64,000 nt of DNA from Moniliella sp. 'wahieum' (taxonomy: Eukaryota): positions 248,001 through 312,000 of the forward strand of contig RSEE01000077.1 of NCBI GenBank assembly GCA_003971905.1, written 5' to 3'. Of the stretch, positions 52,441-64,000 are shown piece by piece. Both the position numbers and the translations under genes were made by a program. The notes under the pieces were generated by a model. That model worked only from the letters and a program-made list of their open reading frames with translations. It had not been told where the DNA came from and did no database searches. Within the stretch, counting starts at the first letter, position 1. The number at the start of each line of letters is the position of its first letter.

Positions 52441-53145
52441 GGGGGCAGGGGGAGGCAGACAGACAGCTGGTGGGGGTGGTGGCGGTGGCTGAGTACTGCG
52501 ACGGCCAAGGAGACCGGCAGCGTGGTGGTCTGCCTGGCTGGCTGGGTCGTCGTGACATGTGACATGCGACAACGGCCGCGACTGCGCGGGTGACGCGGCA
52601 CAGGCGCCATGCGGGCACGGCTACGTCACCATCAGATTAGGTAATAGTCAGTTACCTGCCTAGCTGAGGCGCTGACGTTGGACTTTACATTTTGTGGGAA
52701 AAGTGTCGCGTATCTCTTTTTCCACAATACACCCCACATTTATATCAGCCGTCGTCGTGGTATCGATCCGCGGCCCTGCGCATCCAAGCACCAAGCACTG
52801 GAACAAACTAACGCATTGCTGTGCCAGTGGTAACTTCTCTCTAAAGCATCCGTGCATGGTGTCAATTGTGGAAAAAGACGGGCCTAAAGGTTTGAGTGTT
52901 TATATCACAGGAGAGGAAAAGGGAGTAATGTTGATGATGAAGAAATCTCGAACATATAGAAGCATGGGGAGAGGGTGTAGAGAGAGAAGTATCTGTGCAC
53001 GCCATGGTCATGAAACGCGCCCCAAACCTCTGAATTTCCACAATGGAGACGGTGAGAGATGTGATGAGAGGAACAGGGCGGTCTGATTTTGTACGCGCGC
53101 CATAACCTCAGCAATGCTGTTGCGACTCTGAAGAAAAAGGAGCCA

Positions 53146-55223
53146 TTATATGGTGCCGGGAAAGAGGACGTCGTCCAGAGAAAGGAGATAAACGAGCAGG
53201 GAGCGAGATAAAGTCAGGTTGGGGTAAACAGTATTGATATGGTGATCACAGGAAATCGAAAGAGTGGCCATCAGGTGCTGCCCTCCCCATGAGAAGGGCA
53301 TCAAAAGGAGATCTCCTACATGAGAAAATGGTAGTGGAGATGCATGTTTTGAGAGTAAACCCAACGACGTAGGACTTGGTTTCCTCTCCTGTTTCAGCGT
53401 ACTGGCCACCGTCGAGTTCTTGCTTCGCTCCATTTGCTGTGGACCACACAAGTCGAATGTCCTCGAGTAGGATCCACCTGTGTGGAATAATGGCGGAGAC
53501 ACTCTTAAGGAAAGGCCAAGGAGGATGGCCTGTTGTGTGAGGACTCAACTGGGATTATTTCCATGTGAGTCAGAAGATGGGAAAGCAGCCTCGTCAAACG
53601 GGATGGTTTCATAGTTGGAAAGACGAGTCGAGGTATGGGAGACAGACTGCACGCAATCATTGAGAATGGGTGGGGGAAAAGGAATGGAAGGAGGAGAAGG
53701 TGTCGGGGTGGAAATGCTCCTCTCCTCTGAGTGTCGGCCACTGTTGTTCTGTATTCAGCATTCTCATTGTGCACCACATATTACCCAACAGTATGCCTCC
53801 CGCTCGCCAGAGATCCCCCCAAGAAGGCTTGGCGAATAGAAAGGATAGTACGGGGCACGACAGCGAGGAGGAAGAAGGATTGGATGGGGAACTGGGCCAT
53901 CCCCCACCGCCCCATCCATCCTTCGGTGATCAAGGCAATGGTTAACACGGACGCCAAATGCGTCAGGGTGGAAACGATGACAAAACGGATCATGTCCACT
54001 AAGAATTGGCGGCGTGCGGCCGAGATTGGCAGCTCTCCAGGTCGCAAGCCTTGCAGACGGATCACATCCCACGGCCGTACGGTTGCAGTGCCATTCCCTC
54101 GATTCGCCAGCTCGACATCCATGCCGCCAGCCCCATGATGACCACCGTCACATACTGGATAAGGTAAACTGCAATGAGCGTAGGCAGGTGCAGGCGAAAG
54201 TGGTGACATTTGAACCCCATTTTGAGGGCAGGCACCGGAGTGGAAAACCTGAGTACAAACCGCAAAGAAAACAACACCACAGAATTAGTTGCCAACCTAC
54301 ATATACGCGGAGGAAAGGGTTGCAGTACTCACAACTCAGCTGACGCCACAGTCGCTTGTCCGATCCAAATGCCAGCGATGACGAAGATGACGAGAGACAG
54401 GGTAGGCGTAAGCCAAACCACACGGGGACTGAATATGAGAAGGGCGACATGGGCGCGAAGGAGGACAATGATGTCAACAAGGACGCAGGCCATACCATGA
54501 AGCACCACAAGCCCGCGGAAAGTTCCATTGCAGTGCTGGGTGCGATACAACACCACAAACAAAGTGCCACATAAGGGACCACGATGATCCGCAAGAGGAA
54601 AAAGCAGGCACTGAGCAAGAGCGCGCGAGACTGGGGAGAGAAGAGACCCCATTGGCTGGGCCAGGACATGAATTTCTCTGCCTTCTTCAGCCATGTCGCC
54701 TTGGAGGAATGAGAAGACACCCAACGTGATTGTTGCTTATCATTGGAACTTGGCGGGCCGCGTAGTGGAATATTATGAAGGATGCCATGCTGGTCCAACG
54801 AGGAAGAAACTGTGCCATTTGCCCCCGAAGGGATGGTAAGCGATTTCCGTAGGCCGCCGAGGGTTCCTGACGAAAAGCGGAGACGCGGGCGAGGCCGTCT
54901 CCTTTTCGTCCCAGACCGAGGCAGGAGCCTGGGGAGGTTGGAGGGACTGAGCAGACGTAAATGTGGCTCTAGCGGAGGAGAAGTAGGAGCGAAAAATAGG
55001 GAGATGGTACAGTTGAATCTCGGACGGAAAACTGGTGAGTACCTCCCAGAGAAGAATGCCACCGAAAACAGGCCAGCCAGAGCAACACCGCACGATCGTA
55101 TGCCCAATCGTTCATATGCGCAAAGGTATAGTTCCCTTCCATAGTGGACACCCATAGCGGTAGTACGCCGGGGACCGTCGATGGTGTTGCTGAAATTGGA
55201 ATGGAATCAGTGAGGATGGGCAT
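53146..55223 (-). CDS. Multi-pass membrane protein, DUF6533/basidiomycete GPCR-like; frameshifted, 3' end uncertain
   Basis: The first TM is followed by WEVLTSFPSEIQLY (compare the DUF6533 pattern YDYLLTFPxEVxLIW). Later segments include DIIVLLRAHV, QFLVDMIRF and VPRTILSIRQA, with about 6-7 hydrophobic stretches in total. Confidence 0.6.
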
Positions 55224-56996
55224 AGCGATGCTGGGTCACTATTGTCACCACAAAGAAGAGGATGGAGGGCGGGGAGAGACAAATGACAGAGAAAAGGATG
55301 TGGGGAAGATGAGATGAAGCTGATGAAGAGGGGGGGAAGGAAGAAGGCTGAATGTCAGGAAAAATATGGAGATGACTACTATGAGAGTGGATGGACTGGA
55401 GAATGAAATAGATGAAGAGCTGTGGTTTCTTAGTGGCGGGGGGGTGGGGGAGGATTCTTCGATCGAGAAGGTTAAGCTATAGTGTGGGGAGATTCATCAC
55501 GTTCATCGTACTGAGCTATTACTATGAAGCGTGGAGGATGTATAGAGCAAGTATAGAGCAGAGATAGATAAGGGGTTTGCGCGTGCGCCACACAGAGTGG
55601 ACGATTCATGATGAGGCCATGAGGGCGCGTTAGCTGTAGCATCACTCCCAGCACAACACTTAATGGAGAACCGAATGACTTGCTGAGAGGTGAATGACAG
55701 AGGGAGAACAAAGTATAACACACAGTCAGAGGCTGCGGTTGTATAACTTTTTTCTTCGTGCGAAAGTGCGAAAAGTCCGGTACCATTGCCGTGCCGAGCC
55801 AGCCTCACGTCAGAGTTGGAGATCTACGAACCCTTGCCGCGCCTATACCTGTGAAACACGAAGGGGCTGTGGGAGAGATGTCTATTTTGCGCACGACTGA
55901 GTACTGATGGTCGCACGTTTGTAATGGAGCGAAGCATATATCGAGGAGTGGTATTAATAGCGCTGCAGCTAGTCCGTGGCGACCGATCTGCGCTCAGGCT
56001 CTGAGCTCACCAAAAAGAGTATGGTGTGTGAGAGCCACATGCGAATCATATGAACGTACACAGGAACACAGAGCAAGTCCCAAGCGCAGCCGGACAGTAG
56101 GCTACAGCAAAAAAATCGCGCCCACACCGCACCACCAAGCTCCAAGGGGCCACAGTGTCTATCACCATAGTACTCCAGACAAGATCCCTTTTTACACGGG
56201 TGTTTTGGCGCAGCGAAATGCCTGGAAGACGACATTTTAGCTTGACTCGGGCCGCCTCAGGCTGCGATACTTTGATCAGAACTGAGTGTGCTGAGGTGCT
56301 AAGTGCTCGCTCATTAAGTTCATTCAGCCCATATTGAGATCTGAGACCTGGCCTGCTCCTTTTCCCAGTCCAGATAAAGTTCACACGAAACGCTTGAACC
56401 AGGTTTTCAAGTGCCCCGCCCCCTCTCCCAAGCAAAAAAAAGGTTCTCCTGAACGCCTGATCGCTCGACCCTTCGTACCGCCGTTGCTGCGCCCACCACT
56501 CCCTAGCACTATTAGGCTCGCACAATGCATATTGGATCCACACATCTCCTGCTGTTGTGTTCGCGGTGACGATCCTGTCCACCCCTGGCCTCATGATCTG
56601 CATGATCGATGGTCATACATGCGTCAACAATCTCGCCGCCTGGTTCTAAGTACCTTTCCCCTCTGCAACTGATGAACTCTGGCCCGGTTGCTACGGAATC
56701 TAAGTGTGAGCCTGAGCGACGGGACGTCCCCCAAGTCCCTAGTTCTCTTCGTCAAGGTAGTCAGGTAGTCAAAAGGTGGCCAAAAGATGGTCCAAGCCGT
56801 AGTAACGGTAGTCGCTTTAGTCACTAGTCACTAGTCACTCGTCACGGGGAAATGCAGGGAAGGGGAAGGGGAAGAACGAAGACGGGGGGCAGAAAGAGTA
56901 TAAAAGAGAGGCATTGAAGCTACAAACTGAATGATTACGCTGCCGTCGGACGCAGTGTGCGCGTCCGCCCAGGCCCAGTAGACCGACGCGTCCCAC

Positions 56997-59900
56997 TTAG
57001 TCCGGGGGACGGGCTGGGCCCTTGACACCGACCACGGTACCGGCACCGGCAGCGATACTACCCCCGCCCGCGCCCGCACCCGCACCGGCACCTGCTACAG
57101 CAGAAGCAGAAGCCGAGGCTGAGGCGGAAGACGCAATGGTCGTTGTGACCAACGCTTGCCTCCGTCCGGCCACGATCCAAGGATGGCGCATGGCCTGTTC
57201 GGGCTTCATCCGCCGGTCCGGGTCCCAAATCAAGCAGCGCGAAACAAAGTCGATGAACAAATCTTCTTGGGCCTGAGCTGCGGCAGCGCCACCGGTCGTG
57301 CCCGAGGAAGAGGATACGGTACTGCGCCTGCTGGTTTGCCGCGCCCACCGCCCCGTAAGAGTTGGGTGAGCGTCTTGCTGCCTGGCCGACGACGACGGTT
57401 CTTGCTGTTCTTGACGGGGCGTGGGTGGCCCGTGGCGTCAAAGAAGAATTTCCGTCGGGCGGAACGTTCGATGAGGTACTTGTCAGGTACCCCTATCACC
57501 TCCATGATGCACGCCAGCTGTTCCTGTTCGTTCTCTCCTGGAAACAGAGGGTAGCCCGTGTAGAGTTCGGCGGCAATACAGCCCACGCTCCACATGTCGA
57601 TCGCAGTGTGGTACGCTAGGCCGAGAATGACCTCGGGGGAGCGGTAGAAGCGGGATTGAATGTATGTGTACACCCGTTCCGTCTCAAAACACGACGAACC
57701 AAAGTCGATGACCTTGATGGCCGACTTGGCGGGGTGGCAAAGAAGGATGTTTTCCGGCTTGAGGTCGCAGTGGACAACGTGGCTTGCGCAACAGACAGAG
57801 CGACGACAAGACTTGCACCGTCATCCGTCTGACCAGACGTAAACTTAGCCCTACATACCCGTTCGCCTTGATCAGCTCGTAGAGGTTGATGTTGAGCAGT
57901 TCGGTGGCAATGCACAAGTGCTCACGGAAGCAGAAGGATTGGGTCATGGTGATCACATGATGCTTTTCCTCAGCGTCCCATTGGGTTAAGTGCCGCAAAA
58001 TGTCCACCTCGGTGAGCGCCTGGTGTTGGAACCGGCGCTTGTTGCGAATCATCTTGATCGCGACCCACTTGCCCGTCTTGTGGTCCTTGCAGCGCAGCAC
58101 CTGCCCAAACGAGCCTCGGCCCAGCAAATCCATCACCTCGTACCGATACGCCAGATGGTCCCGTGATACCGCCTTGTAATCCCCACGGTCATCGTCGTAG
58201 CCATAGTTGTTCTCGGGCTGGTCGAGCGAGGGGGAAAACTTGGTGGCGTGTTGGCCACAATAGTAAAACGTCTCATACTCTGCCATCTCACGCTCAAACG
58301 CAGTGAGGTGCGGGCCATACATCACCTCTGCTTGACGACGCGACAGCGCACGAGCCGGCGGCACCGACGCTGGCGGTTCCAACATGGCCTCAATTTCTTC
58401 CTGTGACGCACCTGCTTTGCGCTTCTTGGCTTCCGCTCGACGCGCAAACCCAGCCATCTCTTCATCTCCAGCCCGCTCATCGTCCCATGTCTGCGGGTGC
58501 GGAGAGGTGGCGGAACTACGCACCGCGGTACGGCTGCTGTTCCCGCCCCTTGAGGTGCCGCGCACGGCGAGCGAGGGCCCAGACTGTCCTAGCGTCGATA
58601 CTGGTGGTGCACGCTCGTGCGAGACGAGACCGGATGATGTGGAAGGGCCAGGAGGTAGGTTGAGCGTCAAGGTGGCCCTCTTGCCTCCCGCGCCAGGCGC
58701 AGTAAATGTGGTTCCTGTTGCCGGCTTGCTTGCGTCTGCACCCTTCTTTTTGGGTTTGCTCTCTGGCAGCAAGGAGCGCAACAAGTCCATCTCAGAAGAA
58801 GACAAGTCCGATGACTGAAGCGCAGCGCGGGCGCGGCGCAGAGCCTCCTCCACCTCCGGTTCCGTCTGGGCGGCCGTGTAGGCTGAGATGATGTCCAATA
58901 CGGGTGGCGGACTGGCGGCGCGATGGGCCGCTGGCACCGACTCCGACTCCGGCACTGGCTCGTCCAATTCCCTCTGTTCTGCTACACGCGCAAGACGTGG
59001 CAGGTTGACTTCTTTCTCAGGGAGGGAAGAGGAACTCCCTTTTTTCGAAACATTGTGCAACGCATCGGCCGGTACGCCCGCAGCACGGAGGGCAGCAATG
59101 GCGCGTGGAATGCGCGAGGGCGCTGTATCCGTCGGATTGGGATTGGTCTCTGCTGGAGTAGGTTGAGGGTTGTTAAATCTAAATAATCTGGAGGGGGATA
59201 GACGTCCCGGCTTGGGATTGGACAGGGCCGCATCCTTCAACTTGGCCCCTAGACTCGAACCCGAATTGGTATGGCGCAACGTCCGGCGTATCTCGTCCTT
59301 GCCCGTGGGCGACTTGGAGGGAGTGCAAGGTGCCGGCGGCGGATCTAGTGGCGGGACGTTGATGGGCGGAAGCAGGGGAGTAGCCATAGGCTTTCCGGCC
59401 GACATGCCTGGCATAGTCTACAGCAAAGTGTGAGTAAGTAGAGAGAACACCAAAAGCAACCAGAGGCAGACATACCGTTGTCCGTCTTCTTGGTTGGTCT
59501 GCCCGCTTCACCGTCCTGGGGGCGATGTCTGTCTTCTCACCCTTGGATACCTGGGCCTGAGCGGCTTGGGGTGCCTGAGCAGAACGGCGGATACCCGCTT
59601 GCGCCTTCCCCTCCCGTTGGGCTGACTGATCTCCTGAGATCTGCCTCTGGAACGAGGGAAGCATCTCGCCAAAACCCGTCTGTAGACGGCGCCGCGTCGC
59701 GGCCGTCTGAGCGCTGGCAGAGATTTCCCCAGGCAAGGTTGATCGTGTTGCGCGGCCGTTGATGAAGGGCGCCCCCCCCCCTGGGCGCCGGAGGGGGAGG
59801 AGGAGGAGGTTCATCCTGTGCTGCTTCCGGCACCACGTCCGGACTGGGATCCCCGCGAACCTTCTTTTCCTCCTGTGCCTCCTCAGCGCTATATTGGGCG

Positions 59901-61747
59901 CTACTGTAGCAGTTTGGGGAGATGGGGGTGGCGAAGGGGAGGACTGGGAGGAGATTCGCCCGTCGGTTTGGGGAAGGCTGTGATTCCCATGAGCTTCAGG
60001 GATGGAACCCACCAGTCCAGGGAAGCCTGAGGCCGTAGCGCTAAAGCGAGAGGTGGCAGGGATCCTGCGAGCAGGTAACACGCGAGCCGCGCATGTTGGG
60101 TGGAGGGGAAAATGCACGCCCAGTATGGAAACCCTTGGCTTCATGATTGGTTGTATGCCCGGGAAGACGGGATGCGGGAGCTGCGGCGGCGAGGGCGCGT
60201 CGCGGTCGAACAGCCGAATCGGAAGGTGCGGCAAGTTGTTGTGAGATCAAGGACGAGGCGGGCTCTGCTACACCAGTAGATGCCACCCTGCTCACCCCAT
60301 TGGTCACAGGAGCTGAGACGTGGCGCGCAGTCGAGAGACGGGGGCGAACCTTGTCCATCGGGGCGGCAGAGGGTTTATCTCGCGCCATCATTGTTGATAC
60401 TGTACGACGGGCTCGAGGTGTTGAAAGTGTCGAGTTGGCCCCAGTTCCGGGCCCTGTCCCCTGTCCTAGACCAGTCTCGCTCGTGCTTGTCGTGCTAGCA
60501 GCTCGGGCAGAGGCACGAGTCGAAGCGGCGTACCGAGCGACGGGTGCCTTACTCCTTGTTCTGAGCGGACGAGAGGCAGAGCTTTCCTCTTGCACCGCTG
60601 AGCTGGAAGCGAACGAATGACCGGGGTGGCGGATTGGCGGTGCAGACTCGGTTGAGCTGTTTGCATCGTCTACCTGCAATGGATTGGGGGGAGCAACACA
60701 CTTGAGACGAGCTTGGCTTTTCCCTTGCCCTTGTCCTTGTTGGCCGGGTTGATGAGAGGTGGGCAAACGGGGAACGACTCGTCGCCGAGGAAACTCATGT
60801 CAGATGTGAGGGGGTCGGTTTCGAAGGATTCACCTGCGGGCTCTTCCGGAGGGAGGGGTACCCGCTCTTGCTTGGCCATTTCTGCATTGCGTACCTTTAC
60901 ACCGGGTACCTGCATGTCTCTTGCTCTTTAGCTCTTGCTCTTCACATGAGGAGCTGCGTTGCTCCAGCACCTTGAGCCCCTCATCTGAGTTCGAATAGGC
61001 CTCCTCTTCCTCGTCCTCTTCCTCGTCCTCTTCTTCCTCCTTCTTCCTCCTCTTCTTCCTCATCCTGCTCCTCCTCATCCTGCTCCCCATCCTGCTCCTC
61101 CTCACGCTCCTGCTCCTGCTGCTCATCTTCCTCTGCCTCGTCATCGGAGCAGGTATGGGAGGAGTAGAGGTGCTGGTGAGGCGGGAAGGAGACTTGGTGG
61201 GATCGTCCTCGCTGGAGGCATCGGATCCGGCTTCGCTCAGGGCAGGGAAAGCGGGACGGAGTGCGTCGTGGCTTGTGCCGTGGTGGGCATCGCAGAGCAG
61301 GGGGAAGCGGTTGGACAGGTGGCTGGGTGTGTCGCGGGGCACGGGGAGCGTGGCGGCGGCGGAAATGGAGCGGTCAAGGTGGTTGAGGGAGACGGAGAGG
61401 AGCGTGTCGTCGGGTCGCGCCTCCTCCTCCTCCTCCTCCTGCTCTGCACCGGGGTGTGCGCTGGCGTGGTTGTGCATGGGTGAGGAGGAGGAGGAGGAGG
61501 AGGAGGCGAGGCCGAGGGGGAGCGGGAGAGGGCGGGCGGGGGGGGGGCGCTGGAGGAGCGGCGGCCAAGGGCGGGCGGGAGAGGCGGGTCGGCAGGCGGA
61601 GAGGAGGCGGTGGGGACGGCGGCGGGGAGGGCGGAGGAGGAGTGGGGGCGGATGGGGGCGGGCATGCTGGCGCGTGTGCTGCGGCGCATGGGGGGTGGGG
61701 GGGAGGCCTGCGGGCGGCGCAGCAGGCGGGCGGCTGAGGGACGACAC
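56997..61747 (-). CDS. DYRK-family (class 2, Pom1/DYRK2-like) protein kinase with a long low-complexity N-terminus; intron ~59419-59475; start uncertain
   Basis: DH box [56 protein letters not shown] and activation loop [17 protein letters not shown]. Confidence 0.92.
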
Positions 61748-62333
61748 GTGCCGAGATGCGCGAGCGCGGTGAGAGGGGGTGTGCAGTGCCGAATGCGCGG
61801 GGATCAGCGTCGAGGGAGGCGCGGTCGGTTGGGTCGGCGGGGGCCGGCAGGCGTTGCTAGTTACAGCTACTACAGCTACTAGTACGCGCTACTCGCAGCA
61901 GTCGGAGCAGGCATGCAGGGGCGTACGGACGGGTGCTGAGTAGAGTGCCGACGCGTGACGCGCTGACGCACCAATCCGGCTGAGAGCGGCGATCGCGGAT
62001 CAACGCTCCACTTGAACGTTCAACTGCCCAGCGCCAGCCCTGTCTTTGCCGGCGCATTCCACAGCACGCTGGCCCAGTGCCCCGCCAACCCTGCTGCAGA
62101 CGCCAGCGATCGAGCGCCGATGCTCGATGCCCCGATTCGATATCATCGTCACACACCCGCCCTCCATCCGCCCGCACCGCGCCAGCCTTGCCGCCCCCTC
62201 TCCATCGTCGACGCCCACACCCAGTATAACCTCGCACATTCCATACCACAGCATCGCATAGCATCGCATTTCCGCCATTCAGTAGCACCAGTACCATTAG
62301 GACACACCAAACAGGAGCCCGCAGCAGCGTCCC

Positions 62334-63602
62334 TCACCGTCCCAGCCCCCCCCTCATTCCGTCGAGTTGCGCAGCGGGCTGGGCGCATGCGTCGCGTGCA
62401 GCGGCGGCGTCACCTCTCTCCGCGTCCTTGGCGCTGCCGTGCTGGGAGCGGCAGCCGAATTGGAATGACTCGACGGGGTGCTGGCACTGCTTTTGGCTGC
62501 CTCGCCCCGCCAGTTCCAGCTTGCGCAACTTGGCTTCCAGCCCCGGCATCTTGCCCGCCTCGTCGTACGTCTCCTGGGAGCGGTACGGTTGCGACGCATT
62601 GTACGGCACCTCGGTAAACAACACCGACACCGACTCGCCATAATGCGACGCCGAATCGTCTCGGCCAGCACGTGCGAAATATCAATCTCCTCCAACTTGG
62701 CACACGCCAGCATGTTGCGCGTCTGCGGCAGCGTGTTGGTCACAATCAGTTTTTCCAACGACGAGTTGCTGATCCGTTCCAGCGCCGGGGCCGAAAGGAT
62801 GCCATGGTGACCAACGCCAGCACCCGCTTCGCGCCATTCTCCGTCAACTTGCGCGCGGCCAGGTCGAGCGTGCCACATGTATCCGCCATATCGTCCACCA
62901 GCACCGCCACCTTGCCCCGCACATCCCCCACCAGCACCATGCGCGACACCTCGTTGGCCCGCTTGCGCTCCTTGTGGAACAGGGCAAAATCTACATTCAG
63001 CCGGTCGGCAATCGACGTTGCCCGCTTCGCGCCTCCGGCATCCGGCGAGACAATCACCACCTCGTCCAAATCCTCCATCTCGCGAATGTACTGCAGCGTA
63101 GCGGGCTCGGCGTACAGATTGTCAACCGGCACATCAAAGAAGCCTTGGATTTGCGATGCGTGCAGGTCCATCGTGATCACATGATCGCATCCTGCTTTTT
63201 CTAGCATGTTGGCAACCAGTTTGGCCGTGATGGGCGCACGCGACTTGTCCTTCTTGTCTTGACGCGCATAGTAAAAGTGTGGGATGACCGCCGTCACGCG
63301 CTTGGCCGAAGCCACCTTGCACGCATGAATCAGAATCAGCGTCTCCATCAACGACGTGTTGGGCGACGTGAACGGCTTGCCCACCGTCGTTGGCGATGCG
63401 GTGGGGGTGACACAGGACGTGTTGATGATGTACACATCGTACTCCCGCACACTTTCCATGACACGGATCACCGACTCGCCAGCTCATTGCGACCAACCAG
63501 CGCCTTGCCCAACGGAAGACCCAGCCGACGGGCAATCTGCGAGGCCAGCTCGGGGTGAGAGGTGCCGGCAAAGATTTTGATGCCACCCGGCGTGTTCTCC
63601 AT
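62334..63602 (-). CDS. Ribose-phosphate pyrophosphokinase (PRPP synthetase), frameshifted
   Basis: [93 protein letters not shown] and LAETIRR. The paralogue (PRS2/3/4-type) is not resolvable. Confidence 0.95.
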
Positions 63603-64000
63603 CGTGAATGAGGATCAGAAACAACGGGGACCAAAAGGGGAAAAGGGCGGACTAGGTCCAATTGCCTGGTGTAGGGTGTTGGGGGCGTGGCGATGACGGC
63701 GCGAGGTGTGGCGTTTGCTGCGACTGCGGCTGCGGCTGCTGCTGCTGCAAGCAGGCGCGGTGGATGTGGGGGTGAAGAGCGGTCGAACAGGCGGCCCTTT
63801 TCCGAAAAAAAGTGGTGGCTGCTGCCGGTCCCGGCCGGTCCCGGCGGGTTCAGGGTTGCATGTTGCACCGATGGAAATCAAATTGGGAGGAAGCGTGCTG
63901 GTTGCAATTTCAACCCCGCTGGGGTTGGGCGCCACCAGTTGTCGCCTCGTGGTATTGCCATGATGCTGCGTTTGGAAGACTTTTTCCTCCACCACCTGGG

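Overview
This is a eukaryotic, GC-rich, intron-poor fungal genomic window. The SPE3-LYS9 fusion gene points to Basidiomycota, and low intron density suggests Ustilaginomycotina (inference). Single-base indels, several in homopolymer runs, break almost every gene, including essential ones, so I read the frameshifts as assembly error rather than pseudogenes and all coordinates are approximate. About 20 genes can be supported: a WDR89-like WD40 protein, a HERP/Usa1-like Ubl membrane protein, SPE3-LYS9, an MFS transporter, an isochorismatase, RPL43, a carboxylesterase, a beta-carbonic anhydrase, a GPI-type chitin deacetylase, an Sld7_C-like protein, SPB1, a membrane-anchored GH30, QCR6, a Rab5/Ypt5 GTPase, a DUF6533-like multi-TM protein, a DYRK/Pom1-like kinase, a PRPP synthetase and a few hypotheticals. 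Four observations stand out. (1) A nuclear, intron-containing, apparently mitochondrion-targeted protein has a bacterial RnpA (RNase P protein)-like domain whose RNR motif is replaced by RWG. (2) QCR6 needs a 2-nt microexon and the isochorismatase gene a 5-nt microexon, and both follow a distal branch point and a long AG-free tract. (3) Arrays of short palindromic words recur in intergenic DNA. (4) An Sld7_C-like domain lies in a frame missing from the ORF track. I recognised no tRNA, rRNA, CRISPR array or intact mobile element. All family assignments come from motif recognition by eye; no searches were run.
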